The notes under the pieces were generated by a model. That model did not search any database. It saw only the letters and a program-made list of their open reading frames with translations, and was not told the DNA's origin. Positions 26,740-35,200 of a DNA stretch of 64,000 nt are shown piece by piece. The number at the start of each line of letters is the position of its first letter. Position 1 is the stretch's first letter. Source of the DNA: Spirochaetales bacterium. GTDB lineage: Bacteria; Spirochaetota; Spirochaetia; SZUA-6; RPPD01. Both the position numbers and the translations under genes were made by a program. The stretch lies in NCBI GenBank assembly GCA_016934415.1, contig JAFGSW010000101.1, positions 204 to 64,203 of the forward strand, read 5' to 3'.

Positions 26740-27747
26740 CTATTTCGTATGTTTGGCGGCTGCCGCTCTCAAGCCCTCTATGATGAAAAAGTTGGTTGTC
26801 CTCGATCCGTCCGACAGCGGGAAGTACTGTCCGTTGCGCCAGTAGCAGGGTATATTGACCAGCCCGGGGGCGTTTCCGGATATAAACACATCGTCATCCT
26901 TGACGTATATGCCCGAAGTTTGGTATCCCTCGGGCAACAGACGGTATTCCCCGTTTTTCCAGTAACAGGCCTTGTTCAACATCAATTCATCATGGAACCC
27001 GATGATGTACACGTCGTTATGGATGAAGATGCCGGTTGTCCGGTTCCGACCTTCGCCTTTTAAGGCATGGAACAATCCGTTTTTCCAGTAACAGGGCGTG
27101 GCGTTGAAACCCTCGAATTTATTCCCCGTTATATAGACGTCTCCCTCCCATACGAAAATGCCCGTGGTCCTGCAATTGTCCGGGAGCTCGAAATACAGCC
27201 CGTTTTTCCAATAGCAGGCCACCGTCTTAAAACCGACTATTTTATAGCCGGAAATGTAAACATCCTCGCCGTCCACAAAGATGCCGGTCGTATGCCCCCC
27301 CACGGGGAGCTCGTTATATACTCCGTTTTTCCAGTAGCACGCCGCCGTCGCGAAGAATTTCACGGTTCGGCCGGAAATATAGACGTTGCCGCCGGAAACA
27401 TGGATGTCGGTCGCATCGCTTCCTTCCGGCAGCTCGTGATACGCGCCGTTCCTCCAATAACACGGTACCCGGCTGAAGAATTTATTGCCGGATCCGATCA
27501 CGTAGACGTCCTTGCCGTGGACAAAGCTTCCCGTGGTTTCATCCCCTCCGGGCAGGACGACGAACGTGCCTTCGATCCAATACCCGGCCTGCCTGAAGAA
27601 ACCGTCCTTTACTCCCGGAATGACGTAGGACGCGCCTTTCAGCCGGACGGCGTTTGACACGCGCGCCTCCTGCGCTTCCTCGCTGGACATGGAAGCGCAG
27701 CCCGTCAATACGGCCAGGAAAAAGCCGATCAGTATAAATTGTTTCAT
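26740..27747 (-). CDS. Lipoprotein with seven ~40-aa CYW(K/R)NG repeats (beta-propeller-like)
   Basis: ATG 27747 follows AAGGAAGGA. Lipobox LTGC. Six canonical C-Y-W-K/R-N-G units plus one degenerate unit (GYWIEG). Confidence 0.8.
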   Translation of the reverse strand: MKQFILIGFFLAVLTGCASMSSEEAQEARVSNAVRLKGASYVIPGVKDGFFRQAGYWIEGTFVVLPGGDETTGSFVHGKDVYVIGSGNKFFSRVPCYWRNGAYHELPEGSDATDIHVSGGNVYISGRTVKFFATAACYWKNGVYNELPVGGHTTGIFVDGEDVYISGYKIVGFKTVACYWKNGLYFELPDNCRTTGIFVWEGDVYITGNKFEGFNATPCYWKNGLFHALKGEGRNRTTGIFIHNDVYIIGFHDELMLNKACYWKNGEYRLLPEGYQTSGIYVKDDDVFISGNAPGLVNIPCYWRNGQYFPLSDGSRTTNFFIIEGLRAAAAKHTK

Positions 27748-27937
27748 GTATCGTTCCTTCCTTTGGACTGTGTTTGAAAAACCGCCGACCGCGGCGCCGG
27801 TGCGGGGATCGGGGCCGGCTGCGGCGTCCTGAAGGCCCGCTCCCCGCCTTTCGCAAGTCTTTGACACCGTTTAGCGGCCGGTTGTGACACAAAAGAGGCG
27901 CCCAAGTGTCAATTTCGTGGAATGAGTGATGGGAAAA

Positions 27938-27954
27938 GACATGTATGGCGCGTA
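27938..27954 (-). repeat. R-box 17-mer, copy 8
   Basis: GACATGTATGGCGCGTA plus tctcgcgaatgc, upstream of the lipoprotein gene. Confidence 0.75.
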
Positions 27955-28346
27955 TCTCGCGAATGCGGGAAGGGGGAGCAAGACGCGCATATCGTGAAAG
28001 GGACGCTCATTAAGTGCCGGAGAGTTACAGTGCGATCTTGCTGAAATTATCGTGACTGATCGGGCGCCTGCATCCGAACACTCAGCCGGCCGGAAAAGCG
28101 ACGGCGACCAAAGGAAGCACGCCGGGGAGCCATGGAGAAAAACCGAAACCGCCATGGACGTCGTGAAGGCCATGCGCAGGACCTTTCCTGACAGATCCTG
28201 ATGGATGACTTCGCGGAGGTCTTATATGAACTGACAATCAGAAGCAGACAAGGAAAGCGGACACAAGCGGAACACGGCGGGCGGAAGGACGGCGGAAGGA
28301 TGAATGATGCGAACGGGAGCATAAATTATTTGAGCTTGCAAGTGTC

Positions 28347-28372
28347 GGAGACGCACGGCCGTGCGTCTCTAC
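28347..28372. repeat. P-palindrome repeat, copy 2
   Basis: GGAGACGCACGGCCGTGCGTCTCTAC. Confidence 0.8.
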
Positions 28373-28668
28373 GATCTTTACCCCGAGCCTGCCGGGGGGG
28401 GCTCGGCGAACGATTTCCTTCCCCACCCTCTTTACCGGCGCGATGATGCGGTCCGGACCGCCACCTGCCGGTTCCCTCAGGATGACACCCTCATTTCCCC
28501 TTCGCGTTTTGCGCAATAGAACCGGGAAATGAGATCGGATTACATTGCAGATTTTTTATCAGCAGACTATTGTATAGAAAAATATTATTATAAAATCCAT
28601 CGATATCGGTATGTGTGAATTATTTTCGTAAATATGCGTCGACCGAAATACGAACAAGGGAGATTGTA

Positions 28669-29232
28669 ATGTACATTACTCATTATTATATCAAAAACGC
28701 CGGGCCCTTTAGAAGTTTATCCGCAATAGAAGAAGAAAGAGCGGAAAAAATAATGGAATCACTTTATGACGAAACGATTTTTGGATCACGATTCAAAGAA
28801 CCCCTTGCATACATCCGAAATAGAAAAAACACGGAAAGATGGGTGCGGGCAGAATTTCGAAAAAAAGGCTGTAATCCGATAGACGAATATCCCATATATT
28901 TTGTTTTGGGCAAATCGCCATGGCTGGAAAAAAATAAACCTCCAAAAATCGAAGGAATGGAAATATCGATCCCATTGGCGCATTTGGCCAGAGACGATGT
29001 CAGTTTTACATACCCTGATAGTATGATTTCATTGTGGTTTTCCAAAGATATCCCGAAAGGAATAAACGATACCGGCTTGTTCGGAAAAGTGTTTACGAAA
29101 GAAGAAATCGAAGAATTAGTGAACGAAAGGGGAAATCCGGAAGAAACGTGGAATACGAATATACCGGAAAACTTGGCCCCGTATATCGAAGCTCAAGTCT
29201 GGAATAGGGAAAAATTGCTGCAATATATATAA
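28669..29232 (+). CDS. Orphan hypothetical protein in an AT-rich islet
   Basis: ATG 28669 follows AAGGGAG (alternative GTG 28615). No motif recognised. Composition clearly AT-richer than the flanks. Confidence 0.55.
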   Translation: MYITHYYIKNAGPFRSLSAIEEERAEKIMESLYDETIFGSRFKEPLAYIRNRKNTERWVRAEFRKKGCNPIDEYPIYFVLGKSPWLEKNKPPKIEGMEISIPLAHLARDDVSFTYPDSMISLWFSKDIPKGINDTGLFGKVFTKEEIEELVNERGNPEETWNTNIPENLAPYIEAQVWNREKLLQYI

Positions 29233-29412
29233 AAAATGTTCGTAGGCCGCACTCGTCCCCCGGACTTCGGCGGGCCTGTCCTGAGTCCCCCGACAAGCTC
29301 GGGACAGGCTCCGCCGAAGGACCCGTTCTGGCTTAAGCCCCCGACCCTCTTCTCTTTATCCGTGCAATCCGTTCCTATCCGTGGTTCCCTTCGATGAGCA
29401 TTTGAAGGCCGC

Positions 29413-31779
29413 CTATTTCGTCACCCGCACGCTCACCACCCGGCTCTCCACGTGCGCGTGCGGGAAGCGGGCCTGGAAGGAGTGCGTGCCCTCGGCCAGC
29501 TTCCAGCGCGTCTCGTAGGGGTAGGGAACGCGCTCGTACTCCTTGCCGTCCACGTACCAGACGACCTCGGGCACGAAGGGCTCGACCTCGGCGCGGAGGG
29601 CGATGGACTGGAAGGTACGGGGGAGGTCGGGGTCGATGAGGAAGCGCGCGCCGGGCTGGGGGTGGACGAGCGCGATGGCGGCGCGGCCGGACGCCGCCGC
29701 CGCTTCGACGGGCGGCTTGCCGAATCCCTGCTTGTCCGCCCAGGCGGCGTACTCCGGGCCGAGTACGGTGAAGAGCCGGCTTTCGACGCGGCCCGGGGGC
29801 GTCGACTCGGAGGCGATCGCGCCTGAGAGCCTGTCCACCGGGAAGCGCACGTGCACGCGGCAGAGGTCGTGCGGCTCGGTGCCGTCCCTGAAATACTCGA
29901 CGAACTTGTCGGGGCAATCGGCGTTGGCCGGCTTGCCGGAGAGGGAGCAGATCGTCACCGGCACCGTGCCCGTCGGGAGCGGGAAGGGGGCGGCGTTCAG
30001 GCCCCGTCGTTCCGCGGGGTGAAGCGCGTCCATGATGTCGTGCAGGAGCACGGCGACGAAGCTTCCGGAAATGCGGTTCATGGGCGCGTTCCGGGGGTGG
30101 CCCATCCACACGCCGACGATGGAGGAGCGCGAAAAGCCGACCGCCCAGGCGTCGCGGTATCCCTGGGACGTGCCGGTCTTCACCGCCACCGGGAAATTGT
30201 ACTCGAGCGGCGAAAGGCGCGGAAAGGAGGGGAGGCGCGACTCGGCGTCGGAGAGAAAGAGGGTGACCTCGCGCGCCGCGTACTCGGAGAAGATCCGGCG
30301 CGGGCGGACCGCATGATCGCCCGCCTCGTCGTTTTGAAACCACTTCAGGTGGAATTCCATTCCGTCGTTCGCCAGCATGCCGTAGGCCGCCACCAGGTCC
30401 TCGAGCGTCACGTAGAGCCCGCCGATGGGAAGACCGTAGCCGTACCAGCCGGCCGGGCGGCTGCCGTCGGCGAGGCCGCAGGCGCGGTACATGTCGAAGG
30501 CGCGCTCCAGGCCCACGCCTTCGAGCACCCGCAGGGTGGGCGTGTTGCGGCTGTTGGCCAGGGCGCGCCTGAAGAGCATGGGACCGAGGAACTCCTCGTC
30601 GAAGTTGCCGGCGGAAAACTCGCCTTCGGGCCCGACGATGGAGAAGGGCAGGTCGGCCAGGATCGAGCCCGGCGAGAAGCGGCCGGAGTCGAGCCCGAGC
30701 GCGTAGAGGAAGGGCTTCACCGTGCTCCCTGATGAGCGCGGGGTGCGCGCGTAGTTGATCGAGCCGGCCGCGGCCTTGGAGTCCCGGAAATATTCCTCGG
30801 AGCCGATATAGGCGAGGACCGCGCCCGTCTTGCGGTCGGCGACGACGGCCGCCATGTTGCCCGCGCCCAAGGCGCGGTAGGAAGCCACGGCGTTTTGGGT
30901 GAAGGCCTGTAGGCGCTTCTGGAGGTCGAGGTCGAGGGTGGTGCGGAGCGGCCTTGAGAGCCCGGCCGGCGGGCGCTTCGCGTACTCCTCCAGGCAGCGG
31001 AAGATGTAGTGGTAGGTGTTGTCCGGCCGCCTCTCGCGATAGCGGAAGTTCATGCCGGAGAGCTGGCGCAGGGTCATCTCGTAGTCGTCCCGGGAGAGCT
31101 TCCCCGCGCGGAGAAGCTCGGTGAGGACGAGGCGGGCGCGCGCCAGCGCGCGCTGGAAGCCCCAGTACTTGAAGAGGCTCAAGTTGGTCGGCGACTGGGG
31201 CAGGGCGGCCAGGAGCGCGGCCTCGGCCCAGCTCACGTCCTGGACGGGCTTGCCGAAATAGCGGCGGGCGGCGTAGGCGAAGCCGTACACCTGGTTTCCC
31301 TGCGGCGCGATCTTCAGGTACTGGCGGAGCACCCCCTCGCGGCCGTGGCGCGCGACGAGCCAGTAGGCGACCGCCGTCTCGTCCAGCTTGGCGAGGAGGG
31401 TGCGCGGGTGCCTGAGCTGCATGCGCGCCACCTGCATGGCGATGGTGCTCGCCCCCTGCTTTTGGTCATGGCTGGAATTGTAGACGAGGGCCCGACCGAT
31501 CGCGCGCAGGTCCACGCCCGGGTGGTTCCAAAACCGTTTGTCCTCGATGGCGAGGACGCACTCGCGCACGCGCTCCGGCACCGGGTCGGGCACGTCCCAG
31601 AACCCGAGCCGCGCGTACTCGTTCTCTCCCTCGCTCAAGAACGCGCCGGAGCGGTCCTCGAGGAGGGGAGTGGCCGGGTCGCTCGAGAGCTCCGCCTTGA
31701 AGAAGGCCTGGGCCATGAAGACGAGGAAGGCGAAGAGGAGGGTGGCGGCCGTGATCGCCGCCGCGTGCCGCGGCTTCAC
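29413..31779 (-). CDS. pbpC: Penicillin-binding protein 1C (bifunctional transglycosylase/transpeptidase)
   Basis: Transglycosylase motifs EDKRFWNHPGVD and GASTIAMQ. Transpeptidase motifs SGSTVKP (SxxK) and KTGTS. PBP1C-type C-terminal domain. Start taken as GTG 31779, before the TM helix. The ORF is open to 32004, but that extension runs through repeat DNA. Confidence 0.9.
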   Translation of the reverse strand: MKPRHAAAITAATLLFAFLVFMAQAFFKAELSSDPATPLLEDRSGAFLSEGENEYARLGFWDVPDPVPERVRECVLAIEDKRFWNHPGVDLRAIGRALVYNSSHDQKQGASTIAMQVARMQLRHPRTLLAKLDETAVAYWLVARHGREGVLRQYLKIAPQGNQVYGFAYAARRYFGKPVQDVSWAEAALLAALPQSPTNLSLFKYWGFQRALARARLVLTELLRAGKLSRDDYEMTLRQLSGMNFRYRERRPDNTYHYIFRCLEEYAKRPPAGLSRPLRTTLDLDLQKRLQAFTQNAVASYRALGAGNMAAVVADRKTGAVLAYIGSEEYFRDSKAAAGSINYARTPRSSGSTVKPFLYALGLDSGRFSPGSILADLPFSIVGPEGEFSAGNFDEEFLGPMLFRRALANSRNTPTLRVLEGVGLERAFDMYRACGLADGSRPAGWYGYGLPIGGLYVTLEDLVAAYGMLANDGMEFHLKWFQNDEAGDHAVRPRRIFSEYAAREVTLFLSDAESRLPSFPRLSPLEYNFPVAVKTGTSQGYRDAWAVGFSRSSIVGVWMGHPRNAPMNRISGSFVAVLLHDIMDALHPAERRGLNAAPFPLPTGTVPVTICSLSGKPANADCPDKFVEYFRDGTEPHDLCRVHVRFPVDRLSGAIASESTPPGRVESRLFTVLGPEYAAWADKQGFGKPPVEAAAASGRAAIALVHPQPGARFLIDPDLPRTFQSIALRAEVEPFVPEVVWYVDGKEYERVPYPYETRWKLAEGTHSFQARFPHAHVESRVVSVRVTK

Positions 31780-31810
31780 TTGTGTATGGCCTTGAAGAAC
31801 ACCACGAAGG

Positions 31811-31846
31811 ACACCCCTCGGCTTCGCTCGGGGCAGGCTCCGAACA
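31811..31846 (+). repeat. S-repeat (ACACCCCTCG..GCTCGGGGCAGGCTCCGAACA), copy 1
   Basis: Near-identical to the copies at 52061 and 53577. Inverted partner at 32151. Confidence 0.75.
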
Positions 31847-32000
31847 TGAAGGTGGGAGGAAGAAGGAGACGAGTAATGCTTTGCTTGCCGTTTCACCGTG
31901 TGCCGCGGCTTCTCTTGTGTGCGGCCTCTCAACAAACTGCCAAGAACACGCAGGATGGAAGAAGAAGGAGAAGAAGTATTATGACGAGAGCGGCGTGTTT

Positions 32001-32123
32001 TCATAGTACGAAATGATGAATACCGTTCTTGAGTTGTGTGCTTTCAAGTAATACGGGCCTCAGTTCCTTCTGTGCCTCGCGAGTGCATCCGATTACTTGA
32101 TTCAATAACTTATCAAATTCCAT
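32001..32123 (-). pseudogene. Truncated GxxExxY-family (PD-(D/E)XK-like) gene remnant
   Basis: The 40-codon ORF MEFDKLLNQVIGCTREAQKELRPVLLESTQ... matches only the N-terminus of GxxExxY proteins (..IIG.A.EVH.ELGPGLLES.Y). AT-rich. Flanked by inverted S-repeats. Confidence 0.5.
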
Positions 32124-32150
32124 TATTCCTTTATCCCTCTTCTTCGTATC

Positions 32151-32181
32151 CGGAGCCTGCCCCGAGCGTAGCCGAGGGGTG
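32151..32181 (-). repeat. S-repeat, copy 2 (inverted)
   Basis: CGGAGCCTGCCCCGAGCGTAGCCGAGGGGTG is the reverse complement of the S consensus. Confidence 0.75.
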
Positions 32182-32214
32182 CTCTCCGTTCTCTCCGTGT
32201 GCTCTGTGTCCTCC

Positions 32215-35200
32215 CTATTTAGGCCCCTCGACGATTTCAATCCTCGTGCCGGCCGACCGCCCGTACACCTTCAAATCGTACATGAGCTCGGCGCGGGCGC
32301 CGGGGTGGGTATAGCTACCGGAGAAGCTGGCGCGGGTGCGGAAGTAGAAGTCGTAGGTGCCCTTGGGAAGGGTGTCGTAATAGAACGTCACCGAATCGTC
32401 GGCATAGAGGGCGTAGGAGGGGCGGCGGGTGATTCCGCCCGCGGGCGCGGCGTCCTTGGAGCTCGTGGCGAGGTTGGGGTTCATGGGCTCGAAGCCGGCC
32501 GCGAAGGGCACCACCACCGCCACGAAGTTGCGGTCGGCGGGGTTGACCACGCGGACGTGCTCTTCGATCACGGTCTCGGTCTTGTAGGTCTGCTTTTCGC
32601 CCGATTTCGCCGGCCGGCGGTCGACCACCTTCTTGTCCGGCCCGTACTCGACGAGCTCGCGCTCGACCACGAAGCCCTTGTTTTCGGAGGGCAGCCGGTC
32701 GGCGGTGACGTCGGGCACGTATTCGATCGTGAGCCAGAGCCACGGCGTTTTGTTTTTGTCGCCGGAGACGAGTTTGACCAAGGCCGGCCGGTCCGTTTCA
32801 AGCTCGACGAAAGAAACGCTTTTCCCCCCGGTGTCGAGCGTGACGCGTGTGCCGCCCGCGGTGATCTCGAAGACGTGGGAGCGTCCCGGCGCGGCGGAGG
32901 ACTCGAGGAGCGAGGAGACGGCGAGGAGCGCGGACACGTTGTCGCACGTGTTCCCCCAGCCTGAATCGTCGGCGCGGGAGAGGAGGTCGTCGATCATGAG
33001 ACGGACGCGCGCGCTCTCGGGGTCGCTCGCCTGCAGGGCGCGGATCACCTGGGCGTTGGTGCGGACCCGGGAGGAGAGGACGAGGCCGCCCCAGGCCATG
33101 TCGCCGTACTGGAGGCCGGCGAACATCTCCTTCTTGTCCTTGAGCTTGAAGACCGTTTTCGACCAGACCGCGTCGAGCAGATCCTTCACCTGTTTCGCGT
33201 CGCCCTTTTTATTGGCGAGGAAGAGGGAGAGGATTTTGGCCTGGGAGTACAGGTCCTGGTTCCGGGCGCCCACCAGGAGATCGTAGGCGTACTGGTCGTC
33301 GAAGCGCCCGGCCGCGGTGAGGGAGGACATCGATTCGACCCGCTCGCGGAAAGAGTAGCCGGAAATGAAATAATCGTAGTCGGAGCGCAGGGCGTCTTTC
33401 AGGGCCTGCAGGGGCCGGGAGAGGAGCTTGTCCGGCACGTCGTAGCCGGCCTTCTTCGCCAAAGTCAGGAACTCGACCACGTAGGCGGTGAGGGACACGT
33501 ACCCGTCGGAGCCGGGCCAGTACGAATACAGCCCCTGCGGGGTGAGCGCGCTCTCGAGATAGGCGAGAAGCTCCTTGAAGACCGGGCCGGGCACCGTGTA
33601 CGTGTCCTTGAGCCCCAGCTTGCCGAGCGTCTCTTTCAGGGCGAGCGCCGGGTAGAGCTTGCTCACCCGCTGCTCGGTGCAGCCGTGCGGGTAGTCGGCG
33701 AGGAAGCGCATGGCGGCGAGGAGCTTCACCGCCTCCGGCTCGTAGGTCGCGACGACGGTGACTTTCATCGTGCCCGGCCGCGGTTTGTAATCAGGCGCGG
33801 GCGGGGAAACCGGCGCGCTCCCGTCCGCGCGCACGAAGGCGTCCTTGCGCAGGGTCTGCGTGTCGAGCCGGACGGGGAGCTTGAGCTCGAAGCCGTCCCC
33901 GGCCTTGTCGCTCGAGCGCTCGACCGCCATGCGTACGGCCGCGGTATCCCCGGGCGTGAGGCTTTCGGGCGCGAGGAAGTCGAAGTAGATCCGTTCGGCG
34001 GCGTTCTTTTTCCATTGCAGGGGGCGTGAGTCGCGGACGGCGCCGCCCTTGAGCTTCAGGCCCTCGACTTCCACGGCCGCGGTGCCCGGTCCGCCGGAGC
34101 CTTCCACGATGCGCCCGATGCCGCCGGCTCTGAACTCGTCGCCCGGCCGCACGAAGCGCGGGAGGGCCGTCTGGATGATGACCGGCAGATGGATGGAGAC
34201 GACCGAGCCCGCCGTGCCGAACTTGTCGTAGTCGGCGGCGGCGACGCAGCGCACGCTGAAATCGGTGAGGTTGTCCGGCAGATCGATCGTGATCTCGGCC
34301 AGGCCGTTCTTCACCGGGACGGCCGGGTTGATGTAGGGCACGGTCTGGAAATTGCGGCGCACGGTGGTCTTCTTGAAGAGCTCCAGGGCCGCCTCGTCGC
34401 GGGAGGCCGACTCGCTCCTCATTTTACCGGCCGCTTCGCCGTCGTCGCCGCCGGGAATCTCCTCGATCGGCAGGTTGCCCACCACCTCATTGCGGGTCTC
34501 GTGGACGCGCAGGGTGGAGGAGACGGGGTCGATGAACGCGTCGAGCGGGCGCAGGGGACGTTCCTGGCCGAGCGAGAGGACGGCCCGGTCCACGAGCCAG
34601 AGCGAGGCCGTGCCGTCGACCGGCGCGCCCCGCCAGTCCTTGACGATGATTTTCATTTTGAGTTGCTTGCCGGGGAGACTCGTCTTCTCGTGATCGAGAG
34701 ACACTTTCAGCCGGTTGCGCACCGAATCGACCTTCACCCGGGCGGTGGCGGCCATGGCGATCGGCCGGCCGCGGTCGACGCGGGAGCCTGAGTCGAAGCT
34801 CGAGAGGGTCCCGGTGCCGGGGAGCCGTCCCCGGAGGAGCAGGGCGTGGACGGGCACGCCGGGCACCATGTCCTCGCAGACGGTGAAGGTGAAGAGCCCC
34901 TGGCCGCCGCGCACGTCGGTCCAGTGATACTCGTTCTTGTCCGGCCCCTCGACGACGACGAGGGCTCGCGCGTCCTGGAAGGGCGATTTTAAAAGCAGGG
35001 TCACCCTGTCGCCCGGCGCGTAGCTCTCCCTGTCGAACGACGTCTCGAAGACTCCTGCGTACGACTTTTCCCAGCTCACCGGCTCTTTTCCGGCGAGATA
35101 CAGATCGGACTGCACCTTCTGCAGGCGGCCGAGCGAGTCCTTGGCGAGCGCCTCCACCACGTACACGCCGGCGGCGCCGGCGTCGAGCTCGATAGCGAGC

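Noticed and set aside
31780-32004. N-terminal 75-residue extension of PBP1C (start at 32004)
   Set aside because: The extension is translated from S-repeat and arm DNA (..PRLRSGQAP-type peptides) and precedes the natural TM helix. A GTG at 31779 gives a normal PBP1C N-terminus. The true start remains unverified.
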